Shown in pieces: positions 25,106 through 34,695 of a stretch of 37,810 nucleotides of DNA. This DNA comes from an uncultured Desulfurococcaceae archaeon. Its GTDB lineage: Archaea > Thermoproteota > Thermoprotei_A > Sulfolobales > NBVN01. A program made the position numbers and the translations under genes. Below the pieces are notes generated by a model. The model made no database searches. It worked only from the letters and a program-made list of their open reading frames with translations, and had not been told where the DNA came from. The DNA lies in NCBI GenBank assembly GCA_964618155.1, contig CAZUAD010000003.1, positions 1-37,810 on the forward strand, read 5' to 3'. The first letter of the stretch is position 1; every line of letters begins with the position of its first letter.

Positions 25106-25717
25106 CTAAGAAGATGATATCAACCGCCTTAATAAGTTCCTCCACTCACTTAAGACTAGAACTTTATAGCCTTCAATCTTTAACGCATTCTTAGCTTCTA
25201 GTATCTTCATGGCTTCTTTAACCGTTAAGGAGTTCATGTATGCATATGCGGTAATTAAGGCTTTTGCAGTTAGTGAGGCTTTTGGTTTATACTTAACAAG
25301 CTCTTCAAGTTTTTCAGCTAGTCCTTTAGCTACATCAATTACTAAGTGGGAAGGTGCATTACTACGTAATTCATTACCTAATAATTCGGCATTATACCCC
25401 ATGATCTTGAGTACTTCAACAAGCGCTTCAGATATGAAAGGTTTACCTATGATTTTCATTAATATAGGTAGTTCTATAGAACCTCCTCCCTTACTCCATG
25501 ATTTAATCTTAGACCACTCCTTGTAAGCACTCATAACAATTCTCTTAACGGTAGTTACTTCGACCTTAGGACCCCATATCTCAATTATGACTGCATCGTC
25601 ACTTACATCATATGTTATTGACTTACCTCTAACGCCTCTATAATTTATTATGTATTCAGCTAGTTCTAAGCATTCGCTTCTATCCTTACATTTTAGTCCA
25701 AGCTTTACCTTAACCAA
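25106..25717 (-). CDS. conserved-looking hypothetical protein (203 aa) between csl4 and rpoL
   Basis: The long ORF overlaps the csl4 stop by 13 nt. It is possibly a DUF2067-type archaeal protein, but I cannot confirm that from memory. Confidence 0.55.
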   Translation of the reverse strand: MVKVKLGLKCKDRSECLELAEYIINYRGVRGKSITYDVSDDAVIIEIWGPKVEVTTVKRIVMSAYKEWSKIKSWSKGGGSIELPILMKIIGKPFISEALVEVLKIMGYNAELLGNELRSNAPSHLVIDVAKGLAEKLEELVKYKPKASLTAKALITAYAYMNSLTVKEAMKILEAKNALKIEGYKVLVLSEWRNLLRRLISSS

Positions 25718-26304
25718 CGTATAAGTCCCTTTAATTTTCCATAATCAATACTTAACTTCCTCTTCTCTACATTACCACACATAGGGCATTTGAGCATTTC
25801 AGTACCTTCATATTTTAATTGAGCTCCACATTTTCCACAAAAGGCTAAAATGACACCTAATTTGGCTTCCTTAATCGTTACATTATACGGTACAGTATCG
25901 TTAAGAACTTTAACCTTAACTATATCACCAACCCTTAATATCTCAAATAAATCTTTAATGAACTTTTCAGATGCTTGAGATATGTGTAAGATTGCGGTGA
26001 AGGGGGTTGTGTACTTATTGCCATTAATATCTCCAATAAGTCTTAAGAGGGCGTACTCTTCCCTAATCAACGTTACTATCCCATAAGCTATTACACCCCT
26101 ACAAGGGAGTATAGGTTCTTTAACTTTAGGACGAACATTAGCTGTTCTAATATTTAAATCTAAATCAACCTTACCAACTAGGGCAGCCCTCACTTCACCT
26201 TTAACTTCATACGTGCCTATACCTGGCATGAACTCCTCTATAACGCATATTGATTCGCCAGGCACAACATACTTATCCTTAATCTCGCTAATCCTACTCT
26301 TCAA
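25705..26304 (-). CDS. csl4: exosome complex RNA-binding subunit Csl4
   Basis: It has an N-terminal domain, an S1-like core (VVPGESICVIEEF...GDIVKVKVL) and a C-terminal Zn ribbon CGKCGAQL...CPMCGN. Confidence 0.85.
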   Translation of the reverse strand: MKSRISEIKDKYVVPGESICVIEEFMPGIGTYEVKGEVRAALVGKVDLDLNIRTANVRPKVKEPILPCRGVIAYGIVTLIREEYALLRLIGDINGNKYTTPFTAILHISQASEKFIKDLFEILRVGDIVKVKVLNDTVPYNVTIKEAKLGVILAFCGKCGAQLKYEGTEMLKCPMCGNVEKRKLSIDYGKLKGLIRWLR

Positions 26305-26317
26305 ACTCTTCCCTCCC

Positions 26318-26962
26318 TCACCTACTACGTTTAAGCCTTATAACCACAGCTTTAACGTAATAAATACTCTTTCTATGCTTAGGTAAAAACCATCTTATGG
26401 GGAAGTCTATATGTGATATGACATGGTATTTGAATCCCTTAACCCTACATAAATTATTAATTACCTGCATTAACCCTTCACTATATTTATGGATTGAGTA
26501 GATAGTACTGCATATATCCATTGCCGCTTCAAGGAAATCCATATCTGCACCTTTAGACTGAACACCAAATGGCGGATTCATTATTACAGTACATTCCGTC
26601 AAGCTTCTTAATGCTAACGCCTCTCTCACATCGGATGCAAGTATATCTATGGGTTTAACTATTATCTCGTTTGATAATAATTCATTAACCTTGGAGTTTA
26701 AGGTATTAAGGACATCGTAATCTATATCAACACATATTACGTACTTAGCTCCCAAGGTAAGTGCTCCTAAGGAAAATCTTCCAGTACCACATCCTAAGTC
26801 CACTACAACCTTATCCTTAATATCGCCCAGCATAAAAGCATACCACAGAATATCAGCAGCTATGCTGGATGGGGTTACATACTGCTCTAACTCAATTTTA
26901 GGGTTAGGGAAGTTAGGCGTTAATTCAAGTACCCTTTCTAAATGCTTCTTCCTAATAACCAT
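26318..26962 (-). CDS. METTL5-like N6-adenine RNA methyltransferase (COG2263 type)
   Basis: The SAM motif is VVDLGCGTGRF and the catalytic motif is NPPFG. It is in the conserved exosome/ribosomal neighbourhood. Confidence 0.8.
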   Translation of the reverse strand: MVIRKKHLERVLELTPNFPNPKIELEQYVTPSSIAADILWYAFMLGDIKDKVVVDLGCGTGRFSLGALTLGAKYVICVDIDYDVLNTLNSKVNELLSNEIIVKPIDILASDVREALALRSLTECTVIMNPPFGVQSKGADMDFLEAAMDICSTIYSIHKYSEGLMQVINNLCRVKGFKYHVISHIDFPIRWFLPKHRKSIYYVKAVVIRLKRSR

Positions 26963-26972
26963 GGTCTGTACA

Positions 26973-27983
26973 TCACCAAGGATACGTGTAATCTTCTCTT
27001 AAGCCGAACATATACATTACTTCACCTGGTGTTAGGACGGGCTTATCATATTTTGTAAAATCCTCTATAGCTAGGCGTGGACAAGAAGTTATTATTATAG
27101 CCTCTATATCGGATCCATCAATATTCCTTAAAATGTCGTGTGTAAGATACGTTGTCCGTACTATATGGAAATTGCGATTATTCTTCTTAAGAATCCCTGT
27201 TACTTCCTTAATTATCGTGTATCTATACTGACCTGCACTTCCTACAATTATTAACCATGATTTAGCATTTAACGCCTTACTTATCTTCCATAACCTTACT
27301 TTCAAGACTTTAACTACATCCTTAGTTACGTCCTTAACCTTATCCGAGTAAGGATCTAAGACTAGGACGTGCTTAGATGCTTTAATTCTTAACCCTAAAC
27401 CTAAAGCATGAAACATACCGCCTGCTATAACTAATACAGCATGAACTTTATCCAGAAATAAATCTAGATCTGCAAACCAACATCCAGTAATGACCTTAGG
27501 CCTATTAATAATCATTATATCTCTAGATTTAAGATACTTAACTATGTCACTAACTATTAGTTTATGTTGAGGAGTAATGTAAATAGCCAAGTACTTAACG
27601 TTCATTTCGGTAAGCATTCTTACTAGCTTCTCAAGAGTGTTATTTGAGGGTTTTGCTTTACTTAGCAAGTCTATGAAAACTACGTTACTAGGAGCTTCCC
27701 AATATGGATAGGGTTCGTGTGCAAAATGTAATACAAGCTCATAGTTCCTTATTAAATTAAGATCTATGAGGCAGGAACCATATATAGGATTACCGTCAAT
27801 ATCTATCGTAATATCCTTATCGTAACCCGACCTCCTTAGGTTACTAATTATATCGCTGATGAGTTCACGTGAAAACCTCTTAATACCATTAGGTAATTGT
27901 AAAAGTACCTTAGATGCTTTCCTACTAATGATTTCTTTAATTATCTTACCTAAGTCGTAGGTGTAAAACTCCTTTAATAACAT
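26973..27983 (-). CDS. dph2: diphthamide biosynthesis radical-SAM enzyme Dph2
   Basis: It aligns by eye with Pyrococcus Dph2. Shared features are VLLQLPNGIK, GMFHALGLGL, SCPRLAIED and KPVLTPGEVMYMFGLREDY. Three conserved Cys contexts are present. Confidence 0.9.
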   Translation of the reverse strand: MLLKEFYTYDLGKIIKEIISRKASKVLLQLPNGIKRFSRELISDIISNLRRSGYDKDITIDIDGNPIYGSCLIDLNLIRNYELVLHFAHEPYPYWEAPSNVVFIDLLSKAKPSNNTLEKLVRMLTEMNVKYLAIYITPQHKLIVSDIVKYLKSRDIMIINRPKVITGCWFADLDLFLDKVHAVLVIAGGMFHALGLGLRIKASKHVLVLDPYSDKVKDVTKDVVKVLKVRLWKISKALNAKSWLIIVGSAGQYRYTIIKEVTGILKKNNRNFHIVRTTYLTHDILRNIDGSDIEAIIITSCPRLAIEDFTKYDKPVLTPGEVMYMFGLREDYTYPW

Positions 27984-27990
27984 GTATACC

Positions 27991-28497
27991 CTACTTGAGT
28001 TCAGTCACCTTAATGGTACACCTAATTCCTAACTTACTAGCAAATCTCCTAAATGCTTCCTTAACATGTTCAAATGCGGCCTTACTCGTACGTACTTCAG
28101 CTAAGACGCTACCCATTTTAACCCTTGCAGCAGTTCCTATGGGTTTGCCGAAGGCTTGCCTCATACCTTCCTGAAGCCTATCTGCACCAGCGAATGCCAT
28201 CATCTTATTCTCTCTAAGTACGTGATGGGGATACTGCCTAACTATGAAGAGGTACTTATCCTCACCTACATTTTTACTTAGGTACTTATGCGTAATTACC
28301 CTAGCAGCTTCTAAAGCGTTATGTCTTATTTGAGCATTATCAAGTGAGATTAATTCAACCTTTATTTCATAATCGCCGTGAGGATTTCCCATAACAAATT
28401 TAGTTATCTTCGGTGGTGGGACACCATCAATATACTCCTTCCTAGTATATGGCGGCTTCTTTAACTCCTTATAGCATCTTGCAGGTCTTAATGGCAT
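27991..28497 (-). CDS. rpl10e: 50S ribosomal protein L10e (uL16)
   Basis: It has [31 protein letters not shown] and a conserved core. Confidence 0.95.
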   Translation of the reverse strand: MPLRPARCYKELKKPPYTRKEYIDGVPPPKITKFVMGNPHGDYEIKVELISLDNAQIRHNALEAARVITHKYLSKNVGEDKYLFIVRQYPHHVLRENKMMAFAGADRLQEGMRQAFGKPIGTAARVKMGSVLAEVRTSKAAFEHVKEAFRRFASKLGIRCTIKVTELK

Positions 28498-28561
28498 ACA
28501 GCCACACCTAGGCTTTAATGCTACTGACTAATATAAGGATTAGGGTTATCGTGGTAAGTAC

Positions 28562-29278
28562 TTAATCACTCTTAAGAGAGTACTTAATCTTTTTAAAGAA
28601 CTTGTAGAGAATACTGCACTCATCCTTTCTAAGCGAAGATCTCTTAAGTACATGCTTGAGAGCGATATAGGCGTTAGTTAAGTCTAGACTTTCAGCTATA
28701 TCCTTTATCGTATTTAATAATACATTAACATAGTCCTGACTACACTCCCTCCCAAGTACGAACCTCCTCTCCTGTCTACTTCTAATGACTAATTCATAAA
28801 GGTATATTGACACTGCATGTGAAAGGTTAAGGACATTATAATCAGTACCCGTATCTAATGTTGAAATTACGTCACATAATGAAAGTTCCTCTCTATTAAG
28901 GCCAACACTTTCACGGCCAAAAACCAACGCTATATCCCCCTCACTTGGTACTATGTAACTTAGTACTTGAGGGTCGATGGAGTGTCTTAGTACATCTCCT
29001 TCCTCAGCACTCTTAGCGGTAGTACATATGCTAAAGCTTACATCTTTTAAGCATTCACTTAGGCTATCCCTAATTACGACATTACCTTGGTCAAGGAACT
29101 CTATACCCTTAGATGCAAACTCTACTATCTCCTCATCTCTAAGGTTAAACTTAGGCCTTACAACGCATATACGCTTAATACCGAAATTCCTTGCTAACCT
29201 TAATATGAAACCAAAATTTATCCTTCCTTCAGGCTCAACAAGAACGAGGCACAGTCTACTTTTAAGGTCTTGACTCAT
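28562..29278 (-). CDS. SpoU/TrmJ-like RNA 2'-O-methyltransferase (SPOUT)
   Basis: Recognised motifs are LVLVEPEGRINFGFILRLARNFG, LVFGRESVGL and LNLSHAVSIYLYEL. Confidence 0.8.
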   Translation of the reverse strand: MSQDLKSRLCLVLVEPEGRINFGFILRLARNFGIKRICVVRPKFNLRDEEIVEFASKGIEFLDQGNVVIRDSLSECLKDVSFSICTTAKSAEEGDVLRHSIDPQVLSYIVPSEGDIALVFGRESVGLNREELSLCDVISTLDTGTDYNVLNLSHAVSIYLYELVIRSRQERRFVLGRECSQDYVNVLLNTIKDIAESLDLTNAYIALKHVLKRSSLRKDECSILYKFFKKIKYSLKSD

Positions 29279-29952
29279 GGCTGCTCTAATCCCAATAACT
29301 TATATATCTTCTCAAGATATCCTAGCTTAACAACATTTATAGCCGATACGGGAGGATCCACGAAGAGGTAGTACCTTTCTTCACCTTTAACTTCCCTTAA
29401 GATCCTTTCCGAAATAGCTGTCAAAGGATCAGGTACCTTACCTCTTTCCTTAAGATCCTCAAAACTTTCAAACTCCCTTCTCCTTCTTTCCTCAAGTATT
29501 AACCACATTGTCTTCTTACCGATACCGGGTATTAACTCAAGAGCATGTAATTTTATAGTTAAAGGTGCAGCAATATTGAAGAATGTTACGAACACCTTCT
29601 CTTTCTCCTTGACTATGGTCTTTATAGCTTCAGGTAGGTAGGTCTTAGCTACAGCACTTAAATCATCGTATAGGAGCGGTTCTCCCCAAACGTATTCAAC
29701 CTTGTCTCTTAGCTCCTTAAACCTAAAGCTAATACATACCTTCTCACCTTGACTTAATGTTACGAAGGGTTTAGGATGAAACTCAAGTAACGTAAAGAAT
29801 TTATCACCAATACCTTGTGCTATGGGTCTTGTTCTATGTGATGGATGATGCCTATCCATGGGATTTCCTTCAGGCATGAAGTCTAAGACTATAGCGTAAT
29901 CCTCTCTAAGAACTCTCCTATCGGGTCTTTTGTGAGGTTTCTGTTGAGACAT
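29275..29952 (-). CDS. DUF655 family protein (predicted RNA-binding, helix-hairpin-helix)
   Basis: It has EDYAIVLDFMPEGNP and the HhH LELIPGIGKKTMWLILEER. It sits in the conserved L21e-RpoF-DUF655 neighbourhood. The stop overlaps the next start (ATGA). An alternative TTG start lies at 29961. Confidence 0.8.
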   Translation of the reverse strand: MSQQKPHKRPDRRVLREDYAIVLDFMPEGNPMDRHHPSHRTRPIAQGIGDKFFTLLEFHPKPFVTLSQGEKVCISFRFKELRDKVEYVWGEPLLYDDLSAVAKTYLPEAIKTIVKEKEKVFVTFFNIAAPLTIKLHALELIPGIGKKTMWLILEERRRREFESFEDLKERGKVPDPLTAISERILREVKGEERYYLFVDPPVSAINVVKLGYLEKIYKLLGLEQP

Positions 29953-29998
29953 GATTACCAACCAAAGTAGGTGATGAACTAACTACCCCTACTGATAA

Positions 29999-30328
29999 TT
30001 ATTCAGTAGAGCAAATCTCCTTTACCTTACTTAATACTTCATTAAGCCTTTCCTCACTAGGTATTTCTCCTTCAAAAATCATTAATACCTTAAGCTCATC
30101 AATACTTTTAGGAACTATATTAGCTATGATGACAGCAGTTATTTCCTTAAATCCCATATCCTTTAGTGCCTTAACTAAATCCTCTGCTCTCTTACACCTA
30201 TTAAACTTAGACACATACTCAAATACTCTCATAGTTATTTGATCTAACTCTACTTTCCTCTCCATGAGCTCTCGAATTATTCTTTCCACTTCAGCGTAAG
30301 GGATGTTTCTATAATTGATAATTCTCAT
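29999..30328 (-). CDS. rpoF: DNA-directed RNA polymerase subunit F (Rpo4)
   Basis: The ~109-aa helical protein lies between rpl21e and DUF655, as in other archaea. Its pattern is IPYAEVERIIRE...VFEYVSKFN...ITAVIIANIVPKSIDELK. Confidence 0.7.
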   Translation of the reverse strand: MRIINYRNIPYAEVERIIRELMERKVELDQITMRVFEYVSKFNRCKRAEDLVKALKDMGFKEITAVIIANIVPKSIDELKVLMIFEGEIPSEERLNEVLSKVKEICSTE

Positions 30329-30399
30329 AACTACAACCTACCCCAATTAATGGGTGAGGATTATTTATTTAAACTTAATTCACTATGTAGGAGGTGTAC

Positions 30400-30708
30400 C
30401 TACTTACTCTGTACGTGAGCAGGTCTAAGATGTTCAGGAACAACAATTAGTTCCTTACGCTTATTCCCTAAATACACCTCAACTATGTATGCTCTACCTC
30501 TCTTACCTATTATAGTACCTACCTTGCCTATATACCTCCTATGGGGCATTGCCTCATGAATGGCTGGATTTGGTACTATGTAGACCTTATCACCGATTTT
30601 ATAATCTATCATGAGTAAACTTAGTGGAGGTATAGCACCCTTCTCTCTTACTCTTTTCCTTAGTACCTTCCTGGTTCTATGCCTAAACCCCTTAGAGGGC
30701 TTAACCAC
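30400..30708 (-). CDS. rpl21e: 50S ribosomal protein L21e
   Basis: Recognised motifs are MVKPSKGFRHRTRKVLRK, YKIGDKV and MPHRRYIGKVGTI. Confidence 0.95.
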   Translation of the reverse strand: MVKPSKGFRHRTRKVLRKRVREKGAIPPLSLLMIDYKIGDKVYIVPNPAIHEAMPHRRYIGKVGTIIGKRGRAYIVEVYLGNKRKELIVVPEHLRPAHVQSK

Positions 30709-30763
30709 TTACCACACCAAGGACTAGTGATGTACGGAATTAATAAAGGTTACATATTAGTAA

Positions 30764-32035
30764 TTACATTTCTAAGTACTCAAGTACATCTAAGAATAAG
30801 ACGTTGATCTCTTTACCTATAATTGAGGAAAAGCTGGGATTTGTACGTCCCTTATCTCCATTAATTAGCTCTTTAACATATAAACCGCCATCGCATCTGA
30901 TAATGAAGTATGCTAAGTACTTATTCAGTAGTATCCCCTTAACCTCATATACCTTTTTCACTCTTAACATCTCCTTACGTCTTCTAAGAACCCTTAATGG
31001 TGTTAACTGATTTATGAGCGTGTTCCTTAGCTCCTTACTTAATTTCACTATGTCTTCCTCACTGAACCCTTTAGGTGAGTAGACTAGTGCTCCATATACC
31101 TTCTGATGGATTGCACTCTTAATCTTAGTTACGTCTGAAGGTAATGCGAAATCTTCAAGTGTTACTTTAACCCAAGGTGTTTTACTTAAATCTTTACTTA
31201 ATTCTTCTAGACTAAGTTTCTTTATCTTAGGCTCCTTAATCTCTACTATGAGAGGTCTCCCACTACCTAACATCCTAACATCTACGTCTTCACGTCCAGC
31301 TGCATGTATTTTAATATCTTTGCCCTTAACCGGCTTAGTTAAGCTCTTACAAATTTCTTCAATGGATAATTTGTACTTTTTCTCACCACTCCTACTTATC
31401 CATATCATTTGTGAAATGTACCTGCCTAATTTATGGTACTTACCCTTAATGTAAAGTGGAAGTAGTATTAAATTAACATCTATATTATCAAGATCCACTA
31501 ATATGACTACATCGGGACTTCTAAAATTAGGCTTTAATCTGCTTAATCTTTGAATTATCTTACCTACCTCCCTCTTAATTTCTCGCCTAACACTCTCCCA
31601 GCTTTCAATACTTAGTTCCTCAGCAATACTTCTCTCCCTTAGTTCTATGGATGAATTAGCCTTAACAGCCATCACGAATGAATTAATCTTGACCTCCTTA
31701 AGTGCTTCCATAATTTTACTCACAAGTGCTGTTATTATGAAATCAAGTCTTCCCTCGCATACGAAACATTTTCTCACCTCAACTCTTCTACCACTAAGCT
31801 CTTCGTATAGAGTTGATATGGGATATCCAGCATTTTTTGCTATATGCTCTAGCTCATCTAGACTTAACTCGCCTTTAGTAAATCTCCTATGAAGCTCCAT
31901 AGCTAGTAAAGTTTTTAGTGCGTAACCCCTAGCCCTATTACTTAGTCCTAGACCATAATGTGCTAAAAATCTCCCTAAACACCTATCACATAGAGGATAC
32001 CTCTTAAGTAATTTTAATGCTAAGTCTTCTATGAT
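30764..32035 (-). CDS. pus10: tRNA pseudouridine(54/55) synthase Pus10; 5' end extended beyond the first canonical start
   Basis: It has the catalytic region GREDVDVRMLGSGRPLIVEI. The frame stays open for 47 codons upstream of the ATG at 31900. Those codons encode IIEDLALKLLKRYPLCDRCLGRF..., the conserved first CxxC of the Pus10 zinc ribbon. No ATG, GTG or TTG occurs in that stretch. Confidence 0.8.
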   Translation of the reverse strand: MIEDLALKLLKRYPLCDRCLGRFLAHYGLGLSNRARGYALKTLLAMELHRRFTKGELSLDELEHIAKNAGYPISTLYEELSGRRVEVRKCFVCEGRLDFIITALVSKIMEALKEVKINSFVMAVKANSSIELRERSIAEELSIESWESVRREIKREVGKIIQRLSRLKPNFRSPDVVILVDLDNIDVNLILLPLYIKGKYHKLGRYISQMIWISRSGEKKYKLSIEEICKSLTKPVKGKDIKIHAAGREDVDVRMLGSGRPLIVEIKEPKIKKLSLEELSKDLSKTPWVKVTLEDFALPSDVTKIKSAIHQKVYGALVYSPKGFSEEDIVKLSKELRNTLINQLTPLRVLRRRKEMLRVKKVYEVKGILLNKYLAYFIIRCDGGLYVKELINGDKGRTNPSFSSIIGKEINVLFLDVLEYLEM

Positions 32036-32036
32036 A

Positions 32037-33377
32037 TTAATACTCTATCCCCTCAATACCTAGCCTTCTTAATATACCCTTCTTCCTCCTAATATCCTTA
32101 AACATCCTCTTCATGGCTTCATAGTACTTTAGCAACTCCTTAACATCATCAATACTTGTACCTGAGCCAATGGCTATCCTCCTAATTCTCCTCTTATCTA
32201 TTATTGAGGGGTTATCGAGTTCCTCATACGTCATAGACTCAATAATATGTATCCATTTATCCATTTTCTTCTCTGAAATCCTTAACATCTCATCTTCTAT
32301 ACTTAAGAGTGAAAGCCCCGGTATTAGCTGTAGAATCTTACGTAGGGGTCCTAACTTCCTTACGGATTTTAGTTGGGCGTAAAGATCTCTCAAGGTTATT
32401 TTACCCGTTAATAACGCTTTCTCAATCCTCTTCTGAAGTTCTCTACTTTCCTCTAATGCCTTAAACTTTTCTAGAAGAGTTTCTATATCGCCCAGACCTA
32501 ATATCCTAGCAACAAAGCGTTTAGGATTAAACTCCTCAAAGTCTTCTAGCTTCTCACCATCACCTACAAACTTTATCTTAGCACCTGTAGCTGCAACAGC
32601 TGATATAGCTCCTCCACCCTTAGCTGTACCATCTAACTTCGTTATTATTATGGATCCTATGGGTGTTCTTTCATGAAATCTCTTAGCTAGGTCGTAGGCC
32701 TTCTGACCCATGTAGGCATCAATAACGAGCATTACTTCATCGGGTTTTAACTCCTTAGCTATAGACTCCATCTCATCAAGTAATGCCTCTTCTTGACCAT
32801 AACCATGCCTTCCAGCTGTATCAACTATAATGACATTTACACCACGCCTAATTAACTCCCTATACCCCTTCTTAGCTATAAGTACAGGATCCTTTCCGTT
32901 CTTCTCACCATAAAATGGAACTCCTACCTGCTTGGATATTTGTTCAAGCTGTTCGTAGGCTGCAGGTCTATACGTGTCTGTGGTTATGAGTCCTGGTCTA
33001 TATCCTTTCCTCTTATAGTATAGTGCTAGCTTACCTGCCGTCGTTGTCTTACCACTACCCTGTATTCCAACAAGCATTATGGTCCATGGGAGTTTTCTCG
33101 GTAGTGTATTTACTTCCTCACCACCAAAGAGCTCGATTAAGCTATCATATACTACCTTAATGAACCATTCATTCCTTAGAACGCCGGGTGGTGGCTCGGA
33201 CTTTAACGCGTTTTCTCTAATTTTCTTAGTTAGCTCGAATACCACCCTAACATTTACGTCAGCTTTAATGAGTATCTTCTGAAGCTCTTTTATAAACTCA
33301 TTTACAGCCCTTTCATAAGGTTTTGATGTCCTTAAAAAATTAGATACAAGCTCCTTTAACTTATCTAAACCCTTCAT
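32037..33377 (-). CDS. srp54: signal recognition particle protein SRP54
   Basis: It has [30 protein letters not shown] and a Met-rich M domain. Confidence 0.97.
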   Translation of the reverse strand: MKGLDKLKELVSNFLRTSKPYERAVNEFIKELQKILIKADVNVRVVFELTKKIRENALKSEPPPGVLRNEWFIKVVYDSLIELFGGEEVNTLPRKLPWTIMLVGIQGSGKTTTAGKLALYYKRKGYRPGLITTDTYRPAAYEQLEQISKQVGVPFYGEKNGKDPVLIAKKGYRELIRRGVNVIIVDTAGRHGYGQEEALLDEMESIAKELKPDEVMLVIDAYMGQKAYDLAKRFHERTPIGSIIITKLDGTAKGGGAISAVAATGAKIKFVGDGEKLEDFEEFNPKRFVARILGLGDIETLLEKFKALEESRELQKRIEKALLTGKITLRDLYAQLKSVRKLGPLRKILQLIPGLSLLSIEDEMLRISEKKMDKWIHIIESMTYEELDNPSIIDKRRIRRIAIGSGTSIDDVKELLKYYEAMKRMFKDIRRKKGILRRLGIEGIEY

Positions 33378-33784
33378 TTAGAAGTACCCTTAAGGACTCT
33401 CATAATCTTCCTTCTACCCATGACCTCCCAGTATTCAACCTCTGCTCCAGGGCTTAGTTTAGCTCTTATATCCTCCTCCTTAGGCATATCAACTTCAAAT
33501 GTTTCATAGGTTTCTAAATCCATTAACTGAACAGTATCGCCTGTTATTGCAAGTACTTGGGCAGTCCTCTTATTTACTATAGGTACTTCAACGCGCTGAC
33601 TGACAGGAGCTACTAAGGTCTTCTTAGTACCCGTAAATATACCTATAGCTACTACATGAGCTTTAGCACTACCATGCTTTCCCGTCTTGGCCTTCGTCAT
33701 TTCAACGATTCTGCAAGGCTCTCCATCAATAACTATAAAACTCCCAACCTTCAAATCACCTAGCTCAGCATACATGGTACTCAT
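33374..33784 (-). CDS. eif5a: translation initiation factor 5A (aIF5A)
   Basis: It has the hypusine loop [11 protein letters not shown]. The stop overlaps the srp54 start (ATGA). Confidence 0.95.
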   Translation of the reverse strand: MSTMYAELGDLKVGSFIVIDGEPCRIVEMTKAKTGKHGSAKAHVVAIGIFTGTKKTLVAPVSQRVEVPIVNKRTAQVLAITGDTVQLMDLETYETFEVDMPKEEDIRAKLSPGAEVEYWEVMGRRKIMRVLKGTSK

Positions 33785-33878
33785 ATCAATACCTCACCTC
33801 AAGTAACTAGACTTAGGAGAATTAAAATAATTAATGAGTGGTCAAGCATTAAATCTAAATGTGCTTAAGTGACTATAA

Positions 33879-34646
33879 GTGAGGGTCTTAAACCCTGTGA
33901 CAATAATAAAGTGTAAAACTTACGGTGAAGTACCAAGTAACTTTGTAGACTTCGTTATCAGAACTCTAAGGAGTTTTTACGAATTAGTTGGTGAAGGCCC
34001 TATACTTGTTGAAGTTTTAATTTACGGGTCAAGCAGTGATAAGATTACATCTTTAATTCATGAAGCAAATAACTTAGGCGTACTAGTACTGGGATTAGAT
34101 TATGTGACGTTACATGAAGCATGGAGTGGATGGCCCAGAATTCACATAGATTTTGGGGCATGTAAAGAATTAAGTAATGATATTGTGGAAGCATTAATAG
34201 TTCATGAAGCAGTTCACTCAATACTTCATGGCTCAATACAGTACTACATGATTAACGTAGATAATATACCTGAATGGGTTAGCCCTGAGGACTTTCTTAA
34301 ATTAATGTATACCTCGGTAGCTGCTGTAAAAGATTATGAGGTATGTACCTACCTAAGAAGAAAGGGATTAATTAAGTATGTAAAGAAATATAGTGAGTTC
34401 GTGATTAATGAAATGAAGAAACATGAATGTTTAAGTATTCAAGACTTGTTAATGATGTTAAAACTCATTACATCATTACTATGCATTAATGAGAACTTAA
34501 GTGAAGATTATGTAGGTTATACATGTAGGGACTACCTAAAAGCCTTATTACCTAGAGTAAAAGTAACTCTTAATAGTAATGAACAATTTAATATTAAGGC
34601 ATTTAGATTAGTAGATTTAGCTTTAAACGCGTGGTTAAAGATTTAA
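33879..34646 (+). CDS. hypothetical protein with HExxH motif (possible zinc metallopeptidase-like)
   Basis: The 255-aa ORF uses a GTG start. Its single motif is IVHEAVHSILHG, and I recognise no family. Confidence 0.45.
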   Translation: MRVLNPVTIIKCKTYGEVPSNFVDFVIRTLRSFYELVGEGPILVEVLIYGSSSDKITSLIHEANNLGVLVLGLDYVTLHEAWSGWPRIHIDFGACKELSNDIVEALIVHEAVHSILHGSIQYYMINVDNIPEWVSPEDFLKLMYTSVAAVKDYEVCTYLRRKGLIKYVKKYSEFVINEMKKHECLSIQDLLMMLKLITSLLCINENLSEDYVGYTCRDYLKALLPRVKVTLNSNEQFNIKAFRLVDLALNAWLKI

Positions 34647-34695
34647 GTCATTAATATAAATTACTCAATTTTACTATTGTACTTATGTGGAGTTT

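Noticed and set aside
29971-29995. A plus-strand GTGATGA-14 nt-CTGA motif in the rpoF/DUF655 spacer, resembling C and D boxes.
   Set aside because: It is only 25 nt with no C'/D' pair and the wrong spacing. That is too short for an archaeal C/D sRNA, so it is probably chance.
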